Positions 39,531-50,659 are shown, counted from the stretch's first letter. The stretch: 64,000 bases of DNA from Nitrospirales bacterium (GCA_965223295.1 CBDCWC010000002.1:672001-736000); one strand, 5' to 3'. A program made the numbers and translations. The notes: generated from the letters alone by a model not told the origin.

Positions 39531-40631
39531 TTATTGAGGGCAGGCTTTGCGCTTTTGTTGTAGCACAGGGCTATTGTTCTTCATATCAAATATCGATTGG
39601 GTGAGCAGATGCGCGACTTTTTGGCTTAAAACCTGTTGCATTCTGCCGTGAGCTCGGACTTTGGCCTCCTGCTCAGTGACATGACCTTCTCGGCCGGTTT
39701 CAGAAATGATGCCAATAAGTCGTTGGGAAGGATGCTCATATATATCGATATCTCCACACCAACGGACGTATTTGAATAGCGGGTCAGGTAAATCTATCGT
39801 CCAGAGCTTTCCCTGGCCGACAATCGCCATATCTACTGTTTTGTGTGAATCCACGTCTTGACTAGAAACCGCCACACCCATCAGCCCTTCACGCTCTAGA
39901 CCTTGGACAATTGCCCGTTCCAGTTCTTCCTGGTACTCCCCAGTCATGGCAATGGAAACAACAAATTCTTTTGCAACAAAATTTTGAAATTCTCTTTGAA
40001 GATCTGAAAGGCGATACAGTGCGGGCTGACTTTTTCCACTTGATCGAATCACTTGCAAATCCGCATTCAGAAATTCTCGATCAGCCAAACGAGCCATTGC
40101 TTGTTTGTATCCACGGATTCGTTGAATTTTCTGAGAGTGAGCCCGACCTTGGTCAACAAAATTCTTGATGCTTTCATCTATGTTTCTTAACCGATCAATT
40201 ATCGCCTCCTCTGCTTGCTGCCGGTTCAACCCTGCCAATGCAAAAAAATGTTTCGTTAATGGTTGCCGCCACACCTCTAAGATTTTGACATTTTCTAATA
40301 TTTTGGTGGTCGTCACGCGCGTGCGTTGATCCAACTGCACAGTTCGCTTGGCTCGACTCCCACTATCAGTTTCCTTCATCGCATAGGATTCATAATCCAT
40401 TGACCGTGATTGGACATTAGCCGAAAATATTCTGGCTACGGCTGCATAAGCTCGTTTTTCAGCTTGTCCCCGGGAGTCGCCTTCTGCTAATCCCGTGAGA
40501 TATTGTTCTGAAGGGTAGAGACTATGTGGAGATTGAATCCATTCAGGGCGAGCGTTAGCACTAAACCAGGCACATCCACCAATGAGTACGGCACACACTA
40601 TACTCAAACATTGGGTGGGTTGGCCCCTCAT
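39531..40631 (-). CDS. LPP20-family lipoprotein
   Basis: IGGC lipobox, RPEWI...YLTGLAE...AEKRA. Confidence 0.7.
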   Translation of the reverse strand: MRGQPTQCLSIVCAVLIGGCAWFSANARPEWIQSPHSLYPSEQYLTGLAEGDSRGQAEKRAYAAVARIFSANVQSRSMDYESYAMKETDSGSRAKRTVQLDQRTRVTTTKILENVKILEVWRQPLTKHFFALAGLNRQQAEEAIIDRLRNIDESIKNFVDQGRAHSQKIQRIRGYKQAMARLADREFLNADLQVIRSSGKSQPALYRLSDLQREFQNFVAKEFVVSIAMTGEYQEELERAIVQGLEREGLMGVAVSSQDVDSHKTVDMAIVGQGKLWTIDLPDPLFKYVRWCGDIDIYEHPSQRLIGIISETGREGHVTEQEAKVRAHGRMQQVLSQKVAHLLTQSIFDMKNNSPVLQQKRKACPQ

Positions 40632-40637
40632 GGTTCT

Positions 40638-42188
40638 TTAAGGCCCATTCTGTTGAAGAAGAAAGCGGGTCTCACCTTTGTCAAGATGGAGAGAATATCC
40701 TCGCACCGCTTCTTCACTCGATGCTTGAAGGGCCCTAGAACCAATACCGACTGAGTAATTTCCCGGTTCGACCCACATTCGAGCCAATTGAATTTCTCCT
40801 GGCAGCGTCCGCCAAGAGCGGACATCCGCTTCTTCGGTGGCTAAAGCCACCACTCGTGCGAGTCCTCCAACGAGGGGTCCAATCCAATCCCGATTTTTTC
40901 TTCCTCCTGCTGCTCGTGCGCCAATACGAATGCCTTCGGCTGCAGCCATTTTCATCGCCGTTCGGGCAACGGCTCGTAATACCAAACCATCATAATCATC
41001 AGCTAAGGTTTTTTCAGCCACCGCATTAACGTCATACATGCGTTGGGATTGTACCATCATGGTCGTCTGCGGACTTGTTAACCGAATAGTGCTCTCAATC
41101 CACGGCTTTTTGTTCAGGGAGAAACGAGGCAACGCAATGCGGGCAATACGACCATGGATACCATAGAGAAGCGCCTCCCCTCCCCTTGTTCTTCTATTGC
41201 TGCCACGAAACCCGGGCTTCGCGAGCGCCACGAGTTGCAGCGCATCGAGACTCACCGGCACATCGATGAAAAGATCTTCTTTTTTGGGACCTTTGCCTTG
41301 ATAGGTCACGATAACTAATTGAGCGAGGTCTCGATGACCGGATGGCAAAGATGTTCTAGCGATATTGGGATATTTCTTCTGATAGCGTAAGACATCTTCA
41401 TGTAAGCCTAAACGATTGGCCGTATGAATGAGATCGCTCTTCAGCACATCCGGAAGGGCGACCCGCGTCCAGGCCTGCCCCTGTTCATAGACCTGTTCGG
41501 CTTTTCGATATCCCACATACGCATTGTTGAGATCACCTGTAATGTCATACAACAGCCCAACGATATACCGCGCAAAGGGATCTTCTTGGTACGAGTCTTT
41601 GTCTTCAACTTTATCGCTCAAGACATTTAAACGATGGTCGATTCTTCTTGCTTCAACGAGAGCCTCACTCCATTGCTGTTGCAATGCATAGTTCAAGGCT
41701 TTGATCACATTTACCATGACATGCTCATGCGGAGCCCCTTCATAGGGCTGACGGGCCTCATTCACTAACATCGCCGAAGCTTCATCCCGTATACGTTTGG
41801 TGTAGAGATCTTCGATCAGAAGATGGGCGTCTTCTAGTACTGCATTGCTTTCGCCATATTTTCCCGCTAGATGGAGCACCATTCCATAATCCATGAGATA
41901 CAGCAATTGGCTTTTCTTTCCGTATTTATTTTTTGCGGCTTGCATGACTTCAACCGCTTGCGCAGGCTGTCCAGCTAACAAGCTCTGTTCGATGTCAGCA
42001 TAGTGAGCCATTGGCCCACTACAACCCACAAACAGAATGGCACCGAGCACTAACGCAACTATTCGAAAGTGGCGAAAACTAGAGAGACACGGAAGGCTAA
42101 ATGGGCATGCCGTTGAATCAGAAAATCGGAGAAGCTCGGATTGTGAACAGCAGGAGTGAAAGACGTGAAGACTAGGAAAGAATGACAC
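40638..42188 (-). CDS. COG3014-family TPR lipoprotein (start uncertain)
   Basis: FVGC lipobox, PYEG..HE, EALVEARR, ADVRSWRTLP. Confidence 0.75.
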   Translation of the reverse strand: MSFFPSLHVFHSCCSQSELLRFSDSTACPFSLPCLSSFRHFRIVALVLGAILFVGCSGPMAHYADIEQSLLAGQPAQAVEVMQAAKNKYGKKSQLLYLMDYGMVLHLAGKYGESNAVLEDAHLLIEDLYTKRIRDEASAMLVNEARQPYEGAPHEHVMVNVIKALNYALQQQWSEALVEARRIDHRLNVLSDKVEDKDSYQEDPFARYIVGLLYDITGDLNNAYVGYRKAEQVYEQGQAWTRVALPDVLKSDLIHTANRLGLHEDVLRYQKKYPNIARTSLPSGHRDLAQLVIVTYQGKGPKKEDLFIDVPVSLDALQLVALAKPGFRGSNRRTRGGEALLYGIHGRIARIALPRFSLNKKPWIESTIRLTSPQTTMMVQSQRMYDVNAVAEKTLADDYDGLVLRAVARTAMKMAAAEGIRIGARAAGGRKNRDWIGPLVGGLARVVALATEEADVRSWRTLPGEIQLARMWVEPGNYSVGIGSRALQASSEEAVRGYSLHLDKGETRFLLQQNGP

Positions 42189-42202
42189 GGTGACGCATAG
42201 GA

Positions 42203-42856
42203 TTAAAACAACGTGCGTTTTCGCTCAACAACTTTTTTAATTTTTTTCTGTCCGTACCAGGACTTAACATTACTTTCTAAGTCAATCAAATCTAAATCAA
42301 CTTGATAGTAAACAGCTTTGGTACCAGCCGATTCATCCAAGATTGTCGCAATAGTGCCTTTCAACATGTAATCGGCACCGAGCTCCTGTCCTGGACGTTT
42401 TTGTGTATCTTCGCGAGCAAAGACGCCTTGCTCCTTACGTTCTTGTCGCACTTCTTCCCGTTCACTTTGGCTCGCGACAAATAGGACTTTCTGGGAACTC
42501 GTCATTTCACGTTCCAAGTCGGTGATAAACGTACCCACATCAATGTGTTCATGACTTTTATTGAGAATAGTGCCCACAATGACGACTGGTTCCCGGCCTT
42601 GGGATTCAGTAAATTTTTGCAACCAGGGCTGCTTCACCATTTCTTCAATCATCGTTTCAGCCACAAGCTTAGAATCGGTATCATTCCAACGACCACTCAA
42701 ATCCGTCACCACACCAGGATCCACCCGTGTCACTCGCTTTTCTTTCCCACAACCAATTACCGTCAGCAGGCAGAGAGCGGCACTGCATAACACAAGGAAT
42801 CGAAAGGGCCAGGATATCACGTTCTTCATGAGATATTTACCAGCACCAACAATCAA
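42203..42856 (-). CDS. Penicillin-binding protein activator LpoB-like lipoprotein
   Basis: DLSGRWNDTDS, NKSHEHID, GADYMLKG, WYGQKKIKK. Confidence 0.75.
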   Translation of the reverse strand: MIVGAGKYLMKNVISWPFRFLVLCSAALCLLTVIGCGKEKRVTRVDPGVVTDLSGRWNDTDSKLVAETMIEEMVKQPWLQKFTESQGREPVVIVGTILNKSHEHIDVGTFITDLEREMTSSQKVLFVASQSEREEVRQERKEQGVFAREDTQKRPGQELGADYMLKGTIATILDESAGTKAVYYQVDLDLIDLESNVKSWYGQKKIKKVVERKRTLF

Positions 42857-42859
42857 GCC

Positions 42860-43423
42860 TCAAAGCCCTCCTGGACGTTTGGCTTCTTCCTGCTCGAGTT
42901 TATTAAACACACGTTCTGCGTTTTTTCGAACATACTCACGTACTTCCGCATCCAGTTCCTGCGCTTGTTGAAGCACTTCTTTCATTTCTTCAAAGGAGAG
43001 TTTCGTGAGCACATAATAGGTGGTATTGTCCTCATCCTTATAGCGGTCCACCGGCCGTACCCCATTGAGGGTAATCGCTGTGAAGGTTTTCACGGCACGC
43101 TCAACATTTTGTTCTTCGGTTGATTTCGTAAAATCTCCTGCGGTTGTCGAAGCCGCATAATCTTCCATCAAATACGCGGTATAGGCGCGAAATGTCTTGG
43201 CCAGTTCTGCTCTCGCTCGATTTTCGGCGGCTTCCCATGCCAGCGGTTCATTTTTGACACCCACAATCGAGCCTACACCATAAATCGACTTTTCTTCATC
43301 TTGATTAAGAGCACCAGAGCCTTCTTCCACCCAATCAGGAGGTCCTCCACAGGCCACGAGGCCTAAGCTGAATAGTGCACAGATGACGAATCGCAAAGGA
43401 TGTTTCATATTGAAATTGTTCAA
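42860..43423 (-). CDS. LPP20-family lipoprotein
   Basis: LVAC lipobox, PDWV, YGVGS, AENRARAELA. Confidence 0.75.
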   Translation of the reverse strand: MNNFNMKHPLRFVICALFSLGLVACGGPPDWVEEGSGALNQDEEKSIYGVGSIVGVKNEPLAWEAAENRARAELAKTFRAYTAYLMEDYAASTTAGDFTKSTEEQNVERAVKTFTAITLNGVRPVDRYKDEDNTTYYVLTKLSFEEMKEVLQQAQELDAEVREYVRKNAERVFNKLEQEEAKRPGGL

Positions 43424-43620
43424 TCTTAAAGTATAGCTATTTGCTGTAAATGCGGGAAAATCTTGAACTTTCGGTAGAATTCTTGTATCCGAGGGGCTAA
43501 GAAAATGCTAGCATTGCCCCTAGAACCTGTCAAGAAAATTAAAACGTCGACTCATTCTCTATGTACGGCTATGATCTTATGTCTCTCGGATAAGGGTTGA
43601 CTTCAACAAAGGGGGATTCA

Positions 43621-43791
43621 GTGGCTGATGTGAAAGTCGAAGATGGCATTATTCGAATTAAGGAATTAGATATTCAGGATCTCAAATCTGCCAAGGTGTT
43701 AGCTGAATACCCTGAATCCCGTTGGCCGGAAATTACCCGACGAGCCTTGAAAATTGGACTGGGATATTTGCAGGGAGGAGCTCAGGACTGA
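43621..43791 (+). CDS. Small hypothetical protein
   Basis: GTG start after AGGGGG; VADVKVEDGII...RRALKIG. Confidence 0.5.
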   Translation: MADVKVEDGIIRIKELDIQDLKSAKVLAEYPESRWPEITRRALKIGLGYLQGGAQD

Positions 43792-43902
43792 GACGGAAAT
43801 TCGAACAATACAGCAGACTGTTGCACCACTCAAAAGAAAAAACCTTTTGAGCGGCGCAAGCAAAAGGACTGCTTGTTCAAACTATTTAAAGCGAAGTCCT
43901 GC

Positions 43903-44310
43903 TTATGATAGTGGCGAAGAAGGGGATTTTGTAGCCAACGCCACTTGATTTATGAACGTCGCCAAATGAACACCGCCTTGCTTCACATTAATGCTCGATA
44001 GATCGGGGAAATTCTGCTGCAACCGCGCAGCAAAGGTCTGTTGTTCTGACGAAGGGACATTGAGTACCTGACCGAAAGCCTGGAGATATTCACCTTCTCC
44101 TTTGGCAATATCTTGAAGCAGGTTTTCATGGTTTAATGCGACAAATAATTCTGCATGTTGTCCCTGCTTCACCAGACCGTCACTTGTCCACCATGTCTCT
44201 CCTGTACTGGAAGAAGTCATATCGGTAAGACCCTCGACGGTTGCCGTCGTACTACATCCACTGAAGAGTAATGCCACCATGGCAAAAGCTAGTAACATTC
44301 GAAATGTCAT
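43903..44310 (-). CDS. DUF3015-family lipoprotein
   Basis: NHENLLQDIAKGEGEYL motif; FSGC lipobox. Confidence 0.75.
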   Translation of the reverse strand: MTFRMLLAFAMVALLFSGCSTTATVEGLTDMTSSSTGETWWTSDGLVKQGQHAELFVALNHENLLQDIAKGEGEYLQAFGQVLNVPSSEQQTFAARLQQNFPDLSSINVKQGGVHLATFINQVALATKSPSSPLS

Positions 44311-44651
44311 GATTCTCGCTCCTTACTGGTATCATACCGATTGACAAAAAAAAGCTCTTGCCCAACTTCTAAATGAAATGGGGCTCAGCTAAAAATTTAA
44401 AGAAAAACTTTAGATCAATTGCGTAATTATATTTAAACTGATACGAATTCGCTATACAATCGTGTACTTAAGTAGTTATCTGCCAAAACTAGCTCTTGGT
44501 TCGTCTCTGACGGTCGGCAGAAATAATTTCAAAGAGATGGAAGACATCCCTGATCAATGAAAACCCTACGGCAAAGACAACACGAGAATCATATGCTTAT
44601 AAAAAGATATCAGATTCTCTTCTTCTTCAGTTCATAACCGAAAATAATCAT

Positions 44652-46199
44652 ATGCTTAATCTTAGCCAACACGATCACCAGACTCTTCAGAAACATGGCT
44701 TATCAATCGAACAGATTGACACCCAGTATCAGTTGCTTCAGCAGGGAGTTCTCCCACTTCATCTCATACGCCCTTGTCATGTTGGCGATGGAATCAGGCA
44801 ATTTTCTTCTCAAGAATTGTCTAACTATCAGAAACCATTTCACAGAGCGCATGCCGCAGGAAGAATCAGTAAATTTATTCCAGCATCGGGGGCCGCTACC
44901 CGTATGTTTAAAGATTTGCTTCAATTTGTGGAAAAGGCAGACACTCTCAACCCTAGCGAGCAAGAGGATCTACAATCTCCTGAAGTCGTTACTGAAGCCT
45001 GGGAACACTTGCATCAATTTCCGTTTTTTGAAGATCTTAAACGGCATATTGAAAAAGCAGGAATGGACTTCAACAATCTTTACGACTCAAAACACATGGC
45101 GCAAGTTTTTCACATGCTTTTACAGAAGCCAGGGTTAAACTATGCCAATCTTCCTAAAGCCTTACTTCCCTTCCACCACTATTCAGATGGGACACGGACC
45201 TCACTCGAAGAGCATGTGCACGAAGCCATAATGTTTGCAGAGACCAGTGGTGAGAACATTCAGATCCACCTGACGGTATCAGCACAATTTGAGGACCAAG
45301 TAAAAGCTCATTTAGAAATAATTCGCAAGAAGGTCGTTGCAACTGGAATAAATTTTAACTCGACGGTATCTATTCAAAAACCCTCAACGGACACAGTTGC
45401 CCTTGATTCCAACGATCAACTCTTTCGGAATACCCAAGGCGATATCATTTTTCGACCCGGTGGGCACGGAGCACTATTGGAAAATTTACATGATTATCAA
45501 GGCGATATTGTGTGTATTTCCAATATCGATAATGTCGTACCGGACCATCTCAAAAAACCAATTGTGGAATGGAGAAAGGCCTTAGGCGGGTATTTGATCA
45601 CGATTCAAGATCGCATTTTCGATCATCTTCAACAACTTAGCTCCCCGCAATCTGAGACAATTGAGAATGTCAAAACCTTTGTACAAGACGAAATCCAACT
45701 CATACTTTCTGAATCATTTACCCACTTAGATATTCAGGAGCAAGCGAATCAGCTCAAACAATTGTTGCATCGGCCCATCCGCGTCTGTGGTGTTGTGCCA
45801 AATACCGGTGATGCAGGTGGCGGACCGTTTTGGGTACAACATGTCGATGGGTCCCAGTCACGACAAATTGTTGAGCAATCGCAAGCTGACCCGACATCTG
45901 AGTTGCAGCAGCAGTTATTTGCCACTGCTAGCCATTTCAACCCAGTCGACTTAGTCTGCGGGGTCCGTGATTATCAGGGCTCACCCTTTAACCTGCTAGA
46001 ATTTAGGGATCCCACTACGAGTTTTATTTCGCATAAATCGTATCAAGGACGTCCGCTTAAAGCGTTAGAATGGCCAGGGCTGTGGAATGGCGGCATGGCA
46101 AACTGGAATACTCTCTTTGTCGAGATCCCCCGCTCCACCTTCAACCCCGTCAAAACCTTCATGGATTGGCTCCACCCTCACCATCAGCCTCCGAACTAA
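44652..46199 (+). CDS. DUF4301-family protein
   Basis: KFIPASGAATRMFK, FRPGGHGAL, GGGPFW, PGLWNGGM. Confidence 0.85.
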   Translation: MLNLSQHDHQTLQKHGLSIEQIDTQYQLLQQGVLPLHLIRPCHVGDGIRQFSSQELSNYQKPFHRAHAAGRISKFIPASGAATRMFKDLLQFVEKADTLNPSEQEDLQSPEVVTEAWEHLHQFPFFEDLKRHIEKAGMDFNNLYDSKHMAQVFHMLLQKPGLNYANLPKALLPFHHYSDGTRTSLEEHVHEAIMFAETSGENIQIHLTVSAQFEDQVKAHLEIIRKKVVATGINFNSTVSIQKPSTDTVALDSNDQLFRNTQGDIIFRPGGHGALLENLHDYQGDIVCISNIDNVVPDHLKKPIVEWRKALGGYLITIQDRIFDHLQQLSSPQSETIENVKTFVQDEIQLILSESFTHLDIQEQANQLKQLLHRPIRVCGVVPNTGDAGGGPFWVQHVDGSQSRQIVEQSQADPTSELQQQLFATASHFNPVDLVCGVRDYQGSPFNLLEFRDPTTSFISHKSYQGRPLKALEWPGLWNGGMANWNTLFVEIPRSTFNPVKTFMDWLHPHHQPPN

Positions 46200-46415
46200 G
46201 CAATTCACTCCTTGGCACAAAAATTCAATTGCCTATACAATTCTTGAAGAAATTTTTCCGTTAGTGTTAGTTATTGCATAGGAAAATAGTTTTCTTAAAA
46301 AATCTCCCCTCAATCGATTTTTCTCACTCAGATCTTTCCTGATCTTAGCCGACAAACAAAGAATTGCCTTTCCACATAAATTTTTCACCAATTTGGATCA
46401 GTTGGATCACACACT

Positions 46416-47105
46416 ATGACCGATCAAGAATTTTTCGCCTTATGGCAAACACTTGGTTTTCCATGTAAATCTCATCCTTGGCATGGCGTTGAGATTGGAG
46501 CGGACGCTCCAGAATGCCTAACCGTCTATATTGAAATCGTCCCAACTGACAATGTGAAATATGAACTGGATAAAAAATCTGGACATTTACGTGTGGATCG
46601 CCCCCAACGCTATTCCAATGTCTGTCCAACCCTCTACGGCCTGATCCCTCAGACCTATTGCGGCCAATCCGTGGCAGAGTTCAGTGCCGAGAAAACCGGA
46701 CGGCCTGGGCTCATCGGCGATCATGATCCACTTGATATCTGCGTACTCACAGAAAAAAGTATTACCCACGGAGATCTCTTGCTTGATGCGATTCCGATCG
46801 GCGGATTGCGTATGCTTGATGGAGAGGAAGCCGACGATAAGATCGTGGCAATTCTGAAAGGTGATGCCATGCATGAGCAATGGCAAGATATTAAAGATTG
46901 TCCCATCTCCTTCGTAGAACGCCTCATGCATTATTTTCTCACCTATAAAGATGCGCCAGGCTCAGAGAAAAAGAACTGTGGGATTACCCATGTCTATGGA
47001 CGTGAAGAAGCTCACGAGGTGATTCGCCGCAGCCAAGCCGACTATGTTGCGAAGTTTGGACAATTGCAAAATCAACTAGCGTCTCTCGGATCAACTTTAA
47101 ACTAG
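46416..47105 (+). CDS. ppa: Inorganic pyrophosphatase (family I)
   Basis: HPWHG, KYELDK, YGLIPQT, GDHDPLD, EADDK. Confidence 0.92.
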   Translation: MTDQEFFALWQTLGFPCKSHPWHGVEIGADAPECLTVYIEIVPTDNVKYELDKKSGHLRVDRPQRYSNVCPTLYGLIPQTYCGQSVAEFSAEKTGRPGLIGDHDPLDICVLTEKSITHGDLLLDAIPIGGLRMLDGEEADDKIVAILKGDAMHEQWQDIKDCPISFVERLMHYFLTYKDAPGSEKKNCGITHVYGREEAHEVIRRSQADYVAKFGQLQNQLASLGSTLN

Positions 47106-47310
47106 CACGTAGACAATTGGGATCCTACTATTTTTGTTTTGAACAAAATATCGCTAAGAACCCCTGTTTATTCCTTTCACAAACACCCTCAATTTTTCAT
47201 CCAACTTTTTTACTCTACTTGAAGGAAAGAACAGGGGCTTGCATAATGGGCTAAGATTCAGTACTTAGTTATAATCTTTTGCGCCAAATAGACAAGAAGG
47301 AGTTTTCTCT

Positions 47311-49197
47311 ATGAGTGAAAACATTGAAACCCTGCAACGCTCAACCCGTGTGATCCCAGCTCCTCCCGAGGTAAAAGCACAGGCCCATATTCAGGATTAT
47401 GACGCAGCGTACAAAGCCTCTATCGCTGACCCCGAAAAGTTTTGGGAAGGCATTGCTAAAGAACTGCATTGGTTCTCTCCCTGGAATAAGGTTTTAGAGT
47501 GGAATTACCCCTGGGCTAAATGGTTTCTCGACGGGACGTGCAACATTGCCTACAACTGTTTAGACCGCCATGTGCAAACATGGAGAAGAAACAAAGTTGC
47601 AGTAATTTGGGTCGCCGAAAACGGCGAAGAACGAATATTTACCTATGCCGAGCTCTATCGACAGGTAAATAAATGTGCCAATGCCCTCAAAGGCCTTGGA
47701 CTCAGGAAAGGCGATCGTGTCACGATTTATCTCCCTAAAATCCCGGAACAAATTGTGGCCATGTTGGCCTGTGCCCGAATCGGCTTGATTCACTCTGTTG
47801 TCTATTCTGGCTTCAGTGCGCCAGCTCTTCAAACACGTATTCATGATTGTGAAGCCAAGGTCGTCATTACCGCTGATGTAAGCTATGACCGGAGCAGGAC
47901 CATTGCATTAAAGCCCGTTGTTGATGAAGCCGTAGCCAGTTGCCCGACCGTCGAAAAGGTGATTGTTGTTCAACGAGAATCACCCCCAACTCCGCTCCAA
48001 GACTCAAAAGAAATCAATTGGGATGATTTCATGAAAGATCAATCACCCAAATGTGACGCGGAACAGCTTGATTCAGAAGATCCTCTGTATATCCTCTATA
48101 CCTCGGGAACAACCGGCAAACCCAAAGGTGTCTTGCATGTGCACGGCGGCTATATGGTCGGGACCTATCTCACAACCAAATACGTCTTTGATCTCAAGGA
48201 AGAAGATCTGTTCTTTTGTGTAGCGGACCCAGGCTGGGTTACGGGACATAGTTATATTGTGTATGGCCCGCTCCTGAATGGCGCCACTATCCTTACAGCC
48301 GAAGGCAAACCCGATTATCCCAATCCCGGGCGCTGGTGGGATCTCATCGAACATTATGGTGTCTCTATTTTCTACACCACACCTACGGCCATTCGGCTAC
48401 TCATGAAATATGGAGAAGATTGGCCTGCAAAATATGATCTCTCATCGCTGAAAGTTCTGGGGTCTGTTGGCGAACCTATTAATCCAGAAGCCTGGGAATG
48501 GTTTCATCGCGTCACCGGCGGCACGAAGCCCATTATGGATACTTGGTGGCAAACAGAAACCGGCGCCATCATGGTTACGCCTCTCCCATGTGTCGATCTC
48601 AAACCCGGTTCGGCGACACGACCGTTTCTGGGCATTGAAGCCGACGTCACCGATCGAGAAGGTAAGAGCATCCCTTCTGGAGGTGGCTTTGCCGTCATCA
48701 AAAAACCGTGGCCATCAATGATGCGTACGATTTACAAAGAACCCGAACGCTACGAGCTCTATTGGAATACTATCCCTGGGGTCTATACCGCCGGAGATGT
48801 CTGTCACAAAGACGAAGATGGTTACATGTGGTTCATGGGTCGTGCAGACGATGTCGTGAAAGTCGCGGGCAACCGAATTGGAACAGCTGAAGTGGAAAGT
48901 GCGTTAGTCAGTCATGAAGCCGTCGTGGAGGCAGCAGTCATTGGTAAACCCCATAAAACAGCTGGAGAAATGATCAAAGCCTTTGTCATCCTAAAACAGG
49001 GACAAACGGAATCGTCTGAACTGATCAAAAGCTTAAAAAACCATGTTCAACAAGAATTAGGAAAGATCGCCACGCCACGGGAAATTGACATCGTACCTTC
49101 ACTTCCCAAAACGCGCTCAGGAAAAATCATGCGCCGCGTGCTAAAAGCTCAAGAACTCGGCCAAGACCCCGGCGACATTTCCACATTGGAAGAATAA
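47311..49197 (+). CDS. acs: Acetyl-CoA synthetase
   Basis: YTSGTTGKPKG, DTWWQTETG, PKTRSGKIMRR. Confidence 0.96.
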   Translation: MSENIETLQRSTRVIPAPPEVKAQAHIQDYDAAYKASIADPEKFWEGIAKELHWFSPWNKVLEWNYPWAKWFLDGTCNIAYNCLDRHVQTWRRNKVAVIWVAENGEERIFTYAELYRQVNKCANALKGLGLRKGDRVTIYLPKIPEQIVAMLACARIGLIHSVVYSGFSAPALQTRIHDCEAKVVITADVSYDRSRTIALKPVVDEAVASCPTVEKVIVVQRESPPTPLQDSKEINWDDFMKDQSPKCDAEQLDSEDPLYILYTSGTTGKPKGVLHVHGGYMVGTYLTTKYVFDLKEEDLFFCVADPGWVTGHSYIVYGPLLNGATILTAEGKPDYPNPGRWWDLIEHYGVSIFYTTPTAIRLLMKYGEDWPAKYDLSSLKVLGSVGEPINPEAWEWFHRVTGGTKPIMDTWWQTETGAIMVTPLPCVDLKPGSATRPFLGIEADVTDREGKSIPSGGGFAVIKKPWPSMMRTIYKEPERYELYWNTIPGVYTAGDVCHKDEDGYMWFMGRADDVVKVAGNRIGTAEVESALVSHEAVVEAAVIGKPHKTAGEMIKAFVILKQGQTESSELIKSLKNHVQQELGKIATPREIDIVPSLPKTRSGKIMRRVLKAQELGQDPGDISTLEE

Positions 49198-49272
49198 AAA
49201 CCAACAAACAAGAACGCATACCAGAGGAAGAAAGTCATTAACATATGCCTTGAGAGAACCGATATCAACATC

Positions 49273-49548
49273 ATGACCGCCTATAAAAAATATTGCGACA
49301 GGCGAGCCAGACGAAAAGGACCAGAACCAGCTGACATTCCCTGTTGTCCATCTAGGATGCCAATCATCGGCCCTATCCTCTTTAGTCTGTTAATCTTCAG
49401 TCCCTTCATTTTTCCATCGAGTGAAACAGAACAAGATTCAGAGTTAGATCTTGCACGTATTACTGAAGAACCATTCCTCTCTGATCAACAATCTTCAACG
49501 ATCATACAAGTTCCTGAACATAGGCAGGATGCTTCTTTCCGCGAATAA
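49273..49548 (+). CDS. Hypothetical single-pass membrane protein
   Basis: 91-aa ORF with one hydrophobic segment; no family recognised. Confidence 0.3.
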   Translation: MTAYKKYCDRRARRKGPEPADIPCCPSRMPIIGPILFSLLIFSPFIFPSSETEQDSELDLARITEEPFLSDQQSSTIIQVPEHRQDASFRE

Positions 49549-49594
49549 AAATCGCTTCTGCAACTTTGCTCTCATTATTGTAAGCTGCACATTC

Positions 49595-49635
49595 GTCTCC
49601 ACCCTCACCTCTGTCCCTCCCTGCAGAGGGAGAGG
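49595..49635. repeat. REP-like purine/pyrimidine hairpin element
   Basis: GTCTCCACCCTCACCT matches the reverse complement of 61155-61170 at 15 of 16 positions. Confidence 0.45.
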
Positions 49636-49793
49636 AGGCATGAATTGGTTCATAGAACTCTCCCGAGTCAATGACCCAACACCAGTTGTCCAACCCACTG
49701 GGCGACTGCTTAGATATATTGGTTAACCTTGTTTAGGTCTTTCGAGAAGGCTCAAGACAGGCTCTGCGAATTAGACCCCTTACCTTGTTGTTT

Positions 49794-50639
49794 TTAGAGG
49801 GCGATGGATTCGATGGTTTGGAGATCGTCTGAGGAGAGTTTGAAGTGAGTGAGGACGGCAAGGTCGTCTTTCATGTGCTGTTCGTCTGTCGTACCTGTGA
49901 GTGGGAGCATGCCGATTTGTAACGCAAAACGGAAAATGACCTGAAGAGGATTGGCCCCTATCCGCTTGGCAATATCCCAAACCTGTGGTTCGCGTAAGAC
50001 CTCTTGATTGGCAGTCAGGAGCGAAAAACCTTGGTAGACAATACCCTGTGCTTGGCAAATGTTTCGCACTTCTTTATCCCAGCCCATTGACGCATAGCAG
50101 CGATTTTGTACAACCATCGGTTCCACGGTAGCCTTTTCGCAGAATTCTTGAAGTTGATCAGCATGGACATTGCTCACACCAATGATCTTGGTCTTTCCTG
50201 CTTCATACAAGGCTTCCATGGCATGCCACACCTCCCAATCCCCTTGGCTTAAACCCCAACGAGAAGACGGGCCATGCAAGACATACGAATCAACATAATC
50301 TGTGTGGAGATGTTGTAGAGAACTCTCAAAGGATTGCTGTACTTGAGTCGCAAGGTCTGCAGAGGGGTCATAGGGTGTACGGTGATCTTGGCCTGAGACA
50401 GACGTAAATTTCGTTTGGAGAAAAAGAGATTCTCGCTTCATGCCTTTTTTGGCTAATGCCAACAGTGCCTCTCCTACCATGGCTTCTTGGTAATGAATGA
50501 GCTGGTTGGCCGTGTCGATGGCAGTAAACCCAGTATCGACAGCTAGTTCAACTAGTCTGGCGGTCTCCTCTTTTTTCCAGGCGGTACCATACATGAAAGC
50601 TGGAATCTTGACGTGATTATAGGTGCTGACTGTTTCCAT
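49794..50639 (-). CDS. Aldo/keto reductase
   Basis: YGTAW, IDTA..Y, FLQTK, DSYVLHGP, IGVSN. Confidence 0.9.
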   Translation of the reverse strand: METVSTYNHVKIPAFMYGTAWKKEETARLVELAVDTGFTAIDTANQLIHYQEAMVGEALLALAKKGMKRESLFLQTKFTSVSGQDHRTPYDPSADLATQVQQSFESSLQHLHTDYVDSYVLHGPSSRWGLSQGDWEVWHAMEALYEAGKTKIIGVSNVHADQLQEFCEKATVEPMVVQNRCYASMGWDKEVRNICQAQGIVYQGFSLLTANQEVLREPQVWDIAKRIGANPLQVIFRFALQIGMLPLTGTTDEQHMKDDLAVLTHFKLSSDDLQTIESIAL

Positions 50640-50659
50640 AGCGTTTTAATCCTCGAGGC

